A stretch of DNA of 64,000 nt from Desulfonatronovibrionaceae bacterium. GTDB lineage: Bacteria > Desulfobacterota > Desulfovibrionia > Desulfovibrionales > Desulfonatronovibrionaceae. Within the stretch, counting starts at the first letter, position 1, and each line of letters opens with the position of its first letter. The position numbers and the translations under genes are program-made. Where the stretch lies: assembly GCA_046539845.1 (NCBI GenBank), contig JBKHGE010000002.1:1-64000 (forward strand), read 5' to 3'. The notes under the pieces are model-generated. The model saw nothing but the letters and a program-made list of their open reading frames with translations, did no database searches and was not told the origin of the DNA. Below are positions 10,503 through 20,249 of this stretch, one piece after another.

Positions 10503-10700
10503 GTCGGATTATTTTCCGGCTTTGTCCCGCTTTTAGCGCTGCCTTTGCCAGGTGGGCGGGAAATTTGTCTTAAGGAGCCTGAGGCAGTTGGATCGCCAGT
10601 TTTGAATTTTATATCTGGACGGGACCTAGCTGGCCAAGACAAAACAAAAAGGATCAGGCGAATGAAACCTAAAATATCCATACTCTATGTCAGAGAGCCC

Positions 10701-10731
10701 AAAAAAAAGCGGCCCAGAAGGCCGCTTTTTT
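10701..10731. terminator. rho-independent terminator downstream of bfr (bidirectional form)
   Basis: AAAAAAAAGCGGCC/GGCCGCTTTTTT. Confidence 0.8.
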
Positions 10732-10753
10732 GAATAGAGCAAGTGTTGCCGGG

Positions 10754-11293
10754 CTATTCCTCCCCGCCGGCAATGGTGAATCCCTTGCTGAAGCCACCGG
10801 TGCTGGCCGGAGTCCCGGCGATGCGGGCCAGATAAGTTGGGCCCAGGTCCCGGATGTGCTCGCCCACGTCGTCAAAATAGTTCAGATGCTCCTGCTCCTC
10901 GTCGATTATCTGCTCGAACAGCTTGGCGGTGATGCTGTCCCCGTTGTCCCGGCAGACCTGGAGGAACTGGTTGTAGACGTCAATGGTGTCGTCCTCCAGC
11001 TTGGAATCGTGGATAAAGATCTGGCCCACTTCCTGATCCTTCTGCACCTTCTGTCCGGACTCGGCCACCGGCTCTCCGCCGAGCTCCTTGATCCGCTCCG
11101 CGAACTGTTCGGCGTGGCGCATCTCGTCAATGGCCACCAGCTTGACGTTTTTGGCCAGCTCGCCGTAGTCCATGTCGTCCAGGCCGTAGTGCTGGTTCAT
11201 GTACTGGTAGATGGCGTGCAGCTCCATTTCCCGGGCTTTGTTCAAAACTTCTATAACCTTGTTCCGTCTTTCTTCACGTGATTTTTCAGCCAT
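10754..11293 (-). CDS. bfr: bacterioferritin (Desulfovibrio type)
   Basis: KVIEVLNKAR.MELHAI.QYMNQHY.LDDMDYGELA, IDEMRHAE (heme Met), DEEQEH ferroxidase motifs. Confidence 0.95.
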   Translation of the reverse strand: MAEKSREERRNKVIEVLNKAREMELHAIYQYMNQHYGLDDMDYGELAKNVKLVAIDEMRHAEQFAERIKELGGEPVAESGQKVQKDQEVGQIFIHDSKLEDDTIDVYNQFLQVCRDNGDSITAKLFEQIIDEEQEHLNYFDDVGEHIRDLGPTYLARIAGTPASTGGFSKGFTIAGGEE

Positions 11294-11588
11294 TTTTTCC
11301 TCCGTTTTTGCTTTGCTTCTTTCTTTCATCCATGCCCGGACAGCAGGGATAATCAACCTGTGTATACAGTTTATCCGGGCTCGGAGTAGATTTCAAGCAG
11401 GCGGTTTTTGCCTTGATCGTATTTTAATTCCCTGGATATATTTTGTCAGCTTTTTGGGTATGTTGGAGTGTTTGACAGGCTTTTGCCCTTGTTTCATATT
11501 GCAGTAGACAATGGTTGCGGTATTTTTTTTGAGTGCCGGAGAGGCGGTTAAAAAAGGTCCAAAAGATAGTAAATATCCAGAAAACATT

Positions 11589-12563
11589 ATGACAGTGGCC
11601 CTTATTTCCCTTATTACCGGCGCATTGCTCCTTGTGTGGAGCGCGGACAGATTCGTTCAGGGCTCCGCCTCCGCTGCCCGTCATTTCGGTATGCCTCCTA
11701 TGCTGATCGGCATGGTCATTGTCGGCTTCGGCACTTCAGCCCCGGAGATGCTTGTCTCCGCCCTGGCCGCGGTGCAGGGCAGTCCGGGTATCGCCCTGGG
11801 CAATGCCTACGGGTCGAATATCACCAATATTGCCCTCATCCTGGGACTGACCGCCCTTATCAGCCCTATTGCCGTGGATTCGCAGGTCCTGCGCAAGGAA
11901 TTGCCCTTGCTGGCCGGAGTTACCCTTGTTGCCGCCTGGCAGCTTTGGGACTCCGAAATATCCCGTTTGGATGCCCTGGTCCTTTTGGCCGTGTTCGGGG
12001 CGGTGATGGCCTGGACCATCCGGCAGGGCCTAGGGAAAAAAAGGGATTCACTTGAAAACGCTGTGAGCAAGGAGCTTAAGGCCCGGGCCATGCCGGTTAG
12101 AAAGGCTTTTTTCTGGCTGGTGGTCGGCCTGCTTGTCCTGGTCGCAAGTTCCCGCCTGCTGGTCTGGGGTGCGGTGGAAATCGCCCAGATACTCGGCCTC
12201 CGGGACATGATAATCGGCCTGACCGTGGTTGCGGTGGGAACTTCCCTCCCGGAACTGGCTTCCTCGATTATCGCCGCCCGCAAAAGGGAGCACGACATTG
12301 CATTGGGCAATGTCCTGGGCTCCAATCTGTTCAATACTTTGGCAGTTGTGGGAATCGCCGGTTCGATTCATCCGATATCTGTCGGCCCGGAAGTTTTTCG
12401 CCGGGATATAATTTTCATGACCATTCTTACTTTCTCCCTGTTTGTTGTAAGCTATCGGTTCAGAAGGGGGCTGGGCCGCATCAACCGCGTGGAAGGTGGG
12501 GTGCTGCTGGCCTGTTACGCCGGATATATGGCTTTTTTGGTAATATCTGCTTTTGCCCCTTAA
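11589..12563 (+). CDS. calcium/sodium antiporter (YrbG/CaCA family)
   Basis: two alpha repeats: GTSAPE...GNAYGSNI and GTSLPE...GNVLGSNLFN. Confidence 0.93.
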   Translation: MTVALISLITGALLLVWSADRFVQGSASAARHFGMPPMLIGMVIVGFGTSAPEMLVSALAAVQGSPGIALGNAYGSNITNIALILGLTALISPIAVDSQVLRKELPLLAGVTLVAAWQLWDSEISRLDALVLLAVFGAVMAWTIRQGLGKKRDSLENAVSKELKARAMPVRKAFFWLVVGLLVLVASSRLLVWGAVEIAQILGLRDMIIGLTVVAVGTSLPELASSIIAARKREHDIALGNVLGSNLFNTLAVVGIAGSIHPISVGPEVFRRDIIFMTILTFSLFVVSYRFRRGLGRINRVEGGVLLACYAGYMAFLVISAFAP

Positions 12564-12621
12564 GTCAGGTTTTAGAGTTTTTTTAAAATGGCCGGATCTG
12601 GACCTTGAGGATGTTTGTGTA

Positions 12622-13284
12622 TTGTCTGTTTCCATAGTTGCTGACGACCGTGAGCGGGAAAGTCAAGTTTTTTGTGTTTTAGCTGGGCATGCGGGAGTTG
12701 AGCTTTCCACAGAACGTCTGGTCGCCGGAGACTATAGGGTGAACGAGCGACTCCTTTTCGAGCGCAAGACCCTGCCCGATCCGAAGCAGTCCATTGTGGA
12801 CGGCCGTTTTTTCCGGCAGGCAATCCGCTTGGCCTCTTCCGAGTATACACCAGTCCTTGTCCTGGAAGGGAGTCATTATGATCCGCCCGGTCCGGAGGTA
12901 TCCCGAGAGGCGGTGCAGGGAGCATTGATCAACGCCAGTCTCGTCCTGGGTATTCCGGTCTTAAGGTCCTTAAGCAGTCCGGAAACCGCCTGGATTATGC
13001 TCTGCGCGGACAATCAGGTCCGGCGAATCGCCAAAGGTGCGGTCCAGCGGCCGGGATATCGGCCCAAGGGCCGCAGGAAGAGGCAGCTTTTTATCCTGCA
13101 GGGCCTTCCGGGGATCGGCCGGGACCGGGCCGAATTGCTGCTTGAAACCTTCGGCAGTGTGGAAAGGGTATTTACCGCCGGATACGATGACCTCCTGCAG
13201 GTAAACGGGATCGGGCGGAAAACCGCCCGACAGATCCGGGATATGGTCCGGGAAGCCGGACTTGATTACGGGCAAACCTGTTAG
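12622..13284 (+). CDS. XPF/ERCC4-domain structure-specific nuclease with tandem HhH
   Basis: IVADDRE, GDY, ERKTLPD (ERKxxxD), SIVDGR; HhH motifs LPGIG and VNGIG; start uncertain (TTG 12622 after GAGG). Confidence 0.85.
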   Translation: MSVSIVADDRERESQVFCVLAGHAGVELSTERLVAGDYRVNERLLFERKTLPDPKQSIVDGRFFRQAIRLASSEYTPVLVLEGSHYDPPGPEVSREAVQGALINASLVLGIPVLRSLSSPETAWIMLCADNQVRRIAKGAVQRPGYRPKGRRKRQLFILQGLPGIGRDRAELLLETFGSVERVFTAGYDDLLQVNGIGRKTARQIRDMVREAGLDYGQTC

Positions 13285-13368
13285 GCCGTTACCTCCTTGT
13301 TCCCTGCGGCCAAATCGTGGATGCATCTTTCGTCTTTCCTGATGTTAAACAGCGCATCCACGAACAGT

Positions 13369-14688
13369 CTATCCGATCCCTCCGAAGATGATGTTTAAAA
13401 CCATGACCAAAAGGGCCACGGCCACGAACACGTATTTGGCATAGGCCTCAAACCATTTGCCCAAGGGATGGGCGGCATGCTTGTTTATCTCCACCCGGGC
13501 TTTGTCCGCTCCATAGATCCAGAAAAAGACCACCGCGGCCACCACTGCACCGAACGGAAGTACGTAAACAGTGGATATATCCGCCCAGATCCCGAACCTG
13601 CTCATGTCCACGGCCAAAGGCAGGCCCACGACAAAGGCCACCGCACTCAAAATGACCACCGCTGTAGACCGCCGTAGTCCGACCTTGTCCATGAGCCCTT
13701 CAACCGCAGGTTCAAGCATGCTTACCGAGGAGGAAAACCCGGCAAAGACCACGGACAGGAAAAAGAGCACCCCAAAGATATCCCCGCCAGGCATCTTGGC
13801 GAATACATTGGGAATGGTCACGAATAAAAGCCCTGGTCCGGTCGTCGGGTCTAGGCCGAAGGCGAAGACAGCCGGGATAATAGCGAACGCGGCCAAAAGC
13901 GAGGCCAGAAAGTTGAACAAAATGGTCTGCATGGAAGAGGAGAGGATCACGGTGTCGTCCCGGGCATAGCTACCGTACACGAGCATGGTTGCCCCGCCCA
14001 GGCTGAGGGTGAAAAAGGCCTGGCCCAGGGCCATTATCCAGGTTTTTATATCAGCCAGTTTGGACCATTCCGGGACGAACATGTAGGCGATGCCCTCACC
14101 TGCTCCGGGCAGAGTCACGGAGCGAAGTAAAAGGATGACCAGGATGGCGAATAAAAGGGGTACCATGGTCTTGTTGGCCTTTTCTATGCCCTTTTGCACC
14201 CCGAAAAGGACGATAAGCATTGTTCCCAGGACTCCGGCTGCATGCCAGCCGATGGTCCCGGTGGTTCCGGCAAAGGACCCGAAGTACTCGGATATGTCCA
14301 TGGAGCTGAAGGCCCCGCTTGCGGCCAGGAACAGATACTTGAGCAGCCAGCCGATGACTATGGCGTAGAAGATAAATATGGAGAACACAGCCAGAACAGG
14401 GATGATCCCGATGACCGCCCCGAGCTTACCCGATCCGGGCCAGCGGGAATTGAACACGTTTTCAAACGCCCCCACAGCCCCCTTTCTCTGGCTGCGCCCG
14501 AAGGCCCATTCTTCCATCAGACCTACACTGGCGATCCCGAAGACGAACAAGAGATAAGGGATAAGGAAGGCGGCCCCGCCATAGGCGCCCATGCGCCAGG
14601 AAAAGAGCCAGATATTGCCCAGGCCGATGGCCGAGCCTGCACAGGCCAGAATGAATCCCATTTTCCCGGTCCAGGTTTCTCTGAGCAT
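13369..14688 (-). CDS. sodium-dependent transporter (NSS/SNF family)
   Basis: RETW..KMGFILACAGSAIGLGNIW, GGAAFLIPY, ALGQAFFTLSLG, GPGLLF motifs. Confidence 0.93.
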   Translation of the reverse strand: MLRETWTGKMGFILACAGSAIGLGNIWLFSWRMGAYGGAAFLIPYLLFVFGIASVGLMEEWAFGRSQRKGAVGAFENVFNSRWPGSGKLGAVIGIIPVLAVFSIFIFYAIVIGWLLKYLFLAASGAFSSMDISEYFGSFAGTTGTIGWHAAGVLGTMLIVLFGVQKGIEKANKTMVPLLFAILVILLLRSVTLPGAGEGIAYMFVPEWSKLADIKTWIMALGQAFFTLSLGGATMLVYGSYARDDTVILSSSMQTILFNFLASLLAAFAIIPAVFAFGLDPTTGPGLLFVTIPNVFAKMPGGDIFGVLFFLSVVFAGFSSSVSMLEPAVEGLMDKVGLRRSTAVVILSAVAFVVGLPLAVDMSRFGIWADISTVYVLPFGAVVAAVVFFWIYGADKARVEINKHAAHPLGKWFEAYAKYVFVAVALLVMVLNIIFGGIG

Positions 14689-14832
14689 AACCACCTCTGA
14701 GTGTTTTTAGGTTTACTCTGCCCCTCCTTAGAAGGTTGTAAAAAAAGATGTCAAGGAGGAAATGGTTTGCTCCCGCTTTTGGTCTGGAGTAGTGCAGAGG
14801 AGAGTTATATCCAGAAGAGCAAGGAGAAACGT

Positions 14833-15795
14833 ATGCACGAGATCGGGTTTTCGCAAATAAAAGGGATAGATGTCGGCCACGCCCAGGATATGGACGCAGC
14901 CACCGGTTGCACGGTAATCCTCTGTACCCCGGGGGCTGTGGCCGGTGTGGACGTGCGTGGCGGGGCGCCCGGGACTCGGGAGACCGATTTGTTGCGGCCG
15001 GGCAATTTGGTCCAAATGATCCACGCCCTGGTTTTGGCCGGGGGCAGTGCGTTCGGCCTGGATGCGGCTGGTGGGGTAATGCGTTTTCTGGAGGAGAAGG
15101 GGATCGGGTTTGACGTCCAGGTGACCAAGGTGCCCATTGTCTGCGGTGCGGTGCTTTTTGATTTGGTGGTCGGAAATCCCATGGTTCGGCCGGAGAGTCA
15201 AATGGGATATCAGGCCTGCGTTGATGCGGAAAACGGCGAGGATATGGTCCAGGGCTGTGTCGGTGCGGGCACCGGGGCGGCAGTGGGTAAAATCCTGGGT
15301 ATGCACAGGGCCATGAAGAGCGGAGTCGGCGCCTTTGCCCTGCAAAAGGATGATCTGCAGGTAGGCGCCCTGGTGGCGGTCAACTGTCTGGGGGACGTGA
15401 TTGACCCCTTTACCTGCAGCAGACTGGCCGGTCCCCTGGATGAGAGCGGGCAAAGCCTGCGGGACACCGAAGAGATTCTTATTGACATGCATCCCGGCGC
15501 AAAGGATATTTTTCGGGGCAACACCAGCATTGGGGCGGTGGTCACCAATGCGGTTCTGAGCAAGGCCCAGGCGGAAAAGCTGGCCTCCATGAGCCATGAC
15601 GGCTATGCCCGGACCATGCGTCCCGCGCATACCATGGTGGACGGGGATACCATTTTTGCCCTGTCCACAGGCGAGGTTAAGGCGGATCTGAACATTGTCG
15701 GCCTCCTGGGAGCGAGGGTCATGGAACGGGCGGTGGTGGAGGCGGTGAGAAACGCCCGCTCCATGTACGGCCTTTTAGCCGCCTTTGATCTTTAA
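14833..15795 (+). CDS. P1/S58 family peptidase (DmpA/NylC-like)
   Basis: VGHAQD, TGCTV, DVRGGAPGTRETDLL, GGSAFGL, GNT autoprocessing site, HT..DGDTIF; AAGGAG RBS. Confidence 0.9.
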   Translation: MHEIGFSQIKGIDVGHAQDMDAATGCTVILCTPGAVAGVDVRGGAPGTRETDLLRPGNLVQMIHALVLAGGSAFGLDAAGGVMRFLEEKGIGFDVQVTKVPIVCGAVLFDLVVGNPMVRPESQMGYQACVDAENGEDMVQGCVGAGTGAAVGKILGMHRAMKSGVGAFALQKDDLQVGALVAVNCLGDVIDPFTCSRLAGPLDESGQSLRDTEEILIDMHPGAKDIFRGNTSIGAVVTNAVLSKAQAEKLASMSHDGYARTMRPAHTMVDGDTIFALSTGEVKADLNIVGLLGARVMERAVVEAVRNARSMYGLLAAFDL

Positions 15796-15803
15796 CCGAC
15801 GTG

Positions 15804-17357
15804 TTATTTTTCCTGGCGGGACCATTTTTTCTCAAATCGTAGCAGGCGGAGTTCATGCTCCCACTGCATGCCAGCCTTATCGTTCCTCTCCAGAAAGGCG
15901 GCGCAGTCCTGGCCGGGGCTTTGCAGGGGGTCGTTCAAGCACTGTTTTACCCTGGTTTTGAGCGTATAGTCCGCCCACATGGACCGGCCGGGCAGAAATG
16001 AATATTCCAGGGAATTGCGCGATACTTCCTTCAGATCCTTGTAGCTGAGACCTTGCTCCAGAAAGGCGCGCATGTATTGGTTGGTCATATCCGAGCGGGT
16101 CACGCCCATGTCGTCCGTGGCCAGGACAACGGGCACTCCGTGCTCCCGATAGAAGTTCAGAGGGTGGCGGTTCCCGGACAGGCCAAGGATTATTGCGTTG
16201 CTGGACAAAAGAGTGGCCACAGCCACGTCTTTGTCCCGCATTTGGTCCATGAGCTGGTGCGGCCGGTCTTCATAGGCGATGGATACTCCGTGTCCGATAC
16301 GGCGGGCATGGCCTTTTTCCACGGCCAGACGGATGTGGTTGTCCAGCTTTTCTGGATCTACCAGTCCCAGGGTTAGTTCCCCGGCGTGTAGGGCTATGTG
16401 GATGCGGTCCGCTTTTTCCTTTTTGTACGGATCACTGCGGTACCGGTTGTACAGGAAGTCGATCATGCCCATGTGCAGCTCATAATCAGACATGGACACG
16501 GGGTGGTCCTCAGCTCCGACCATGTTCAGACCCAATACGCGCGGGTCCTCGCAGGCAAGGGCGAAAGAGAAGGCCAGCTGGGCAAAGACCTCTTCCCGGG
16601 GTAAAACGCGGATGATCTCGTTTATATACCGGATCTTCACCTCGCTGCCCGGGCCTTTGCCCAGGATTTTGTCCCGGGTTTCCTCCCAGGCGTCTATTTT
16701 TCCTTTTACCTCGGATATGCGTTTCGAATCGAACAGCCCGGCCTCGGCCAATACGGAGTAGGCCCGGGCAAAGTCGCCTCGGGCGAGGGGCTTTTCAGCC
16801 TTTTCGGCGATGTCCCGGAGATCCTCTGGATACAGGGTAAGCTGGGTCTCTACGTAACTGACTTTGTCCCGGGCGGCCAGACGCGCGGCCTTGGCCAGCA
16901 TACGGCCCTTGAATTCGGCCTTGTCCAGTTTGTCGAATACGGAGAAGAACTGCTCATGCCCCCACATGAACGGTTCACTGCGTTTTTGGCGAGTGGAATA
17001 GGAGTTGATCGCGGCGTTCCACAGCCCGGAGTCGGTGAGGGCCTTTTGGGCGGGAATGGTTTTGTTTTGGCACGGCGGATCCGTGATCGTGTAGCCGTCT
17101 TGTTTATCCAAGCACAGCCCCGCCTCAGCTGCCCAGCGGATATAGTCCTCGGCATAGACTGTCCCGGACAGATGATTATGCAGGTCGGCGCCCTTGGGCA
17201 TGTCCGCGAGAAAGACGCGCAGCCTTACCGGATCCGCGTCGTGTATGTCCCTGAATGAGGCATTGGGAGCATTTTTTCCGGCGCATCCCGCGCTAATGGT
17301 AAGCATGGCCGCGGTCAGCAGACAGAAAACCAGGGAAGAGATTTTTCTTGGATTCAT
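15804..17357 (-). CDS. adenosine deaminase-family lipoprotein (ADA2/ADGF-like, exported)
   Basis: MPKGADLHNHLSG, LHAGE, RIGHG, LATDD metal motifs; signal peptide with lipobox ISAG-C. Confidence 0.85.
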   Translation of the reverse strand: MNPRKISSLVFCLLTAAMLTISAGCAGKNAPNASFRDIHDADPVRLRVFLADMPKGADLHNHLSGTVYAEDYIRWAAEAGLCLDKQDGYTITDPPCQNKTIPAQKALTDSGLWNAAINSYSTRQKRSEPFMWGHEQFFSVFDKLDKAEFKGRMLAKAARLAARDKVSYVETQLTLYPEDLRDIAEKAEKPLARGDFARAYSVLAEAGLFDSKRISEVKGKIDAWEETRDKILGKGPGSEVKIRYINEIIRVLPREEVFAQLAFSFALACEDPRVLGLNMVGAEDHPVSMSDYELHMGMIDFLYNRYRSDPYKKEKADRIHIALHAGELTLGLVDPEKLDNHIRLAVEKGHARRIGHGVSIAYEDRPHQLMDQMRDKDVAVATLLSSNAIILGLSGNRHPLNFYREHGVPVVLATDDMGVTRSDMTNQYMRAFLEQGLSYKDLKEVSRNSLEYSFLPGRSMWADYTLKTRVKQCLNDPLQSPGQDCAAFLERNDKAGMQWEHELRLLRFEKKWSRQEK

Positions 17358-17683
17358 TTCTGTTTCTCCAGGGCGTTTGAGGGGCTCAATTGCGAATAAA
17401 AAGATCGAATCCCGACTATATCCGTACTTGAGAGTCCGCCTTTGTTCAAGTGTTTCCCGGATAAAAGGGAACTAGTTACCATTGAAAATAGACAGGGAAG
17501 ACATTTATATCCTTCCGGTGCCGTTTCTGCCCGGCGCGGGAGCGATAACCGGCCGGGGAATCAGAAACGACTTCCGCCGCCATATTCACAAGACCTTTAT
17601 CATCGGCCGAGTGGACAGCGGGGAGAGGTTGCTCAAGGTCGGGGAAGATCTGGTCCGGGTACCCCCCGGCAAAACCGTAGCCC

Positions 17684-19063
17684 TTATTTTCCGGCCTTTA
17701 TCCTGAATTCGTCTTCTTTGAAGCACAGCGGTCCGACTGTGCCGGTCCTGTAAACAAGTGTCGGCTGGGGCATGCGGAAGGTGTCCGGATTGATATTCAC
17801 CCACCCGCCGGTATTGTGAATTTTTACCGGACTTTTTTGCTCGTCGTGATACCAGTCAAACGTGCCTCCGAAGGACGGAACGTGAGTGTGGCCGTAGATG
17901 AGCGAGGTTAACCTGTCCCCGGAGTCCAGAAATTCCTTTTGCGCCTGCTGGAGGTAATGCTCAACCAGCCCGCGCTGCTCCTGCAGGGCCTCGATGTCGT
18001 GGTATTTGCGGGAGCCTGTCTGCGGTTCCCCGGTTATGTCCTTGCGCACGTACAGGTGGGCTTTGAGGATCTTCTTTATTCCCTTTTGCCACTTTGCCGG
18101 GGCCTTGTTGTTGAAATGCAGGTCGTATATCTTTTCCCAGAATTCATAGGGCGGGGTCTGGCCCAGTGAATAGCTGTGCATGTCCGTGGTGATGGCGTTG
18201 AACATCTCGATATTGCGGATGGTGAGCGGGATGCCGTTTTGGCGCATCAGATCACCGAACATGATGGTGACCATGTTCCAGTCCGGCTCGAACAGATGAC
18301 CGTGGGTCATGAGGGCGTAATCACCCGGTCCTTTTTTCAGGAAAATATGCGGATAGGCTATGTGCACCGGAGTGGACGAATCCAGTCCGAGCAGGGGAGA
18401 GGCCAGATTTTGAACAGGGATCCTGGATTCTTCCGCGGACGGATCATGACGGATTTCTCCGGTTGAGGCGTCCAGGGTAAAGGAGACAACCCGGGGCATC
18501 TCCAGGGGAGCAAGGCCTTTTTCCAAACGTTCGGTGACCCAGTATCTCTCCTGGATCATCTCCCAGAAATGATGGTCGTGATTGCCGGGGACATAAATGA
18601 CTTCCTCGAATAGATCCCCTATCCCCAGGCCCTGCTTTAGGTCTTTCAGCTGTCCGAAGACCTTCGCGGACAGGGTGAAGGTGCTTTCCTGGTTGTTCAT
18701 GGCCATATCCCACATATCCCCGAGGATAATCAGATACCTGGTCTTGCCGTGTTTCTGCTTCAGGGTTTTGCAGTATTTAAGGAAGTCGATGAATTCGCTA
18801 CGTACGTGAGGACTTTCAGGATCAGAGGGGTTTAGGCGGATATATTTGTCTGGATGTCCGGGGTTTCGGCTTATTCCCCCGTACTTCTCCCCGATATGAA
18901 AATCGCTGATGCATACGGCCAGGGGCTTCTCCGCGCTCCCTCCGGCAAATCCGGCCGGGAGCTTTTCTCCCATGGCTGTGCAGGACGCGAGCAGACCTCC
19001 TCCGGCCAGGGCCGAGCTGTAAGCCGCGTACCTCAAAAACTCCCTTCTGGTTAACTCGGACAT
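17684..19063 (-). CDS. Tat-exported calcineurin-like metallophosphoesterase lipoprotein
   Basis: TRREFL twin-arginine signal, lipobox LLAS-C; SDFH, GDMWD, GNHDH, HGH, GHTH motifs. Confidence 0.82.
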   Translation of the reverse strand: MSELTRREFLRYAAYSSALAGGGLLASCTAMGEKLPAGFAGGSAEKPLAVCISDFHIGEKYGGISRNPGHPDKYIRLNPSDPESPHVRSEFIDFLKYCKTLKQKHGKTRYLIILGDMWDMAMNNQESTFTLSAKVFGQLKDLKQGLGIGDLFEEVIYVPGNHDHHFWEMIQERYWVTERLEKGLAPLEMPRVVSFTLDASTGEIRHDPSAEESRIPVQNLASPLLGLDSSTPVHIAYPHIFLKKGPGDYALMTHGHLFEPDWNMVTIMFGDLMRQNGIPLTIRNIEMFNAITTDMHSYSLGQTPPYEFWEKIYDLHFNNKAPAKWQKGIKKILKAHLYVRKDITGEPQTGSRKYHDIEALQEQRGLVEHYLQQAQKEFLDSGDRLTSLIYGHTHVPSFGGTFDWYHDEQKSPVKIHNTGGWVNINPDTFRMPQPTLVYRTGTVGPLCFKEDEFRIKAGK

Positions 19064-19377
19064 GACAAGCTCCTGTCTTTTTGGGGTTGCTTCCCCGTTA
19101 AAGGGTTTTGGATTCCTGTGATAAATCCGGGCTTGATGACGGACTTAAAAACACTAACCGTAAGGGATGGGAAGACGCCCGGGAAGAGCTGTCTGACGTT
19201 TGCCGTGGATTTCCCCTATGTTTTTTATCCCCGCCTTCAAATTTCGATTTGAGTGCGTCAGAAACCGGACTAGTGAAATGTGTGTAAACAAAAAACAGCA
19301 AAAAATCCAATTTTGGCCAAGCAAAATCTTGGTTTTTCGACGCTTGAAGTTGATTGCATCCGCCAGATCCTTTTGGA

Positions 19378-19403
19378 TACTTTTAATCCCGGGATTAAAA
19401 GTA
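19378..19403. promoter_or_regulatory. perfect 26-bp palindrome, putative operator
   Basis: TACTTTTAATCCC|GGGATTAAAAGTA with no loop, in a divergent intergenic region. Confidence 0.45.
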
Positions 19404-19522
19404 ATTTGAGTCCCGGCACCGGCGGGGTAGAAAACACCGGTTCAGAGAGATAAAGCGTTTGCCTTGGACCGCAATTTTTGTTTTCCTGAGTCCGCGTTGC
19501 ACGGCCGATTCAAGGAGACGGA

Positions 19523-19897
19523 ATGGAGCAGACAGAACAGCCGCGGGAGAATAAAAAACCGCCCGAAGAAAGCCAAAAAGGGGTTTCCCCCAAAACCGTC
19601 GCAGTGCTGGTCTACGCTTTGCAGACGGCCTCGTTCGCTGTGGGAGTGACCCTTATTGTCGGGGTTATCCTCAATTATGTGAAAATGAACGATGTCCGGG
19701 GGACCTGGCTGGAGTCCCATTTTCGCTGGCAGATAAGGACCTTTTGGTACAGCATTTTATGGACCGTTCTCGGGGTGCTGACCGCAATTGTTCTTATCGG
19801 CTACGCCGTGCTTTTCGCCAATGCAGTATGGGTGATTTACCGGATAATAAAGGGTTGGATCTGCCTGTCTGAAGACAAGGAGATGTATCCGCAGTAA
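19523..19897 (+). CDS. DUF4870-like small membrane protein
   Basis: VYALQ...GVILNYVK...LESHFRWQIRTFW...YRIIKGW; AAGGAG RBS. Confidence 0.85.
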   Translation: MEQTEQPRENKKPPEESQKGVSPKTVAVLVYALQTASFAVGVTLIVGVILNYVKMNDVRGTWLESHFRWQIRTFWYSILWTVLGVLTAIVLIGYAVLFANAVWVIYRIIKGWICLSEDKEMYPQ

Positions 19898-20249
19898 TAG
19901 CCCTGCCCCGTCTTATTCCCAGGGGATATGCAGCCTATCAAATGTCCCCTCCTTCCCGCTCCGATATCTCCATCCTCCCTGGCCGGTAGGGTGTCTGTTA
20001 TTTTTGGGGCCGGATTTGTTGAGAGCGGAGCTCAAAAATTGTATGTAAGAGGATGCTCTTTTCCGGGTAGCGGATAAAAACACTCCGGGACGGCCTGCGG
20101 GCAAATCTTAAGGGCGGTTCCCTGGACCCGGACAGACACGCTCCGGCCATGCAAGTCAAGGCGGCCATATTGGACTGCCTCCACTCGAGGCGGGGGAAAT
20201 AGTAGGGGCTGTGGATCGCCCAGGCGTGGTGGAGGTATAAACGGGAAGT

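Noticed and set aside
17442..17804. Short ORFs in the gap between the deaminase and metallophosphoesterase genes
   Set aside because: No motifs or convincing RBS, and they overlap the 3' end of the phosphoesterase gene.
19140..19215. GGCAAAC on the minus strand upstream of the metallophosphoesterase, suggesting a c-di-GMP-I riboswitch
   Set aside because: The GAAA tetraloop stem and GCAAAGC elements do not follow.
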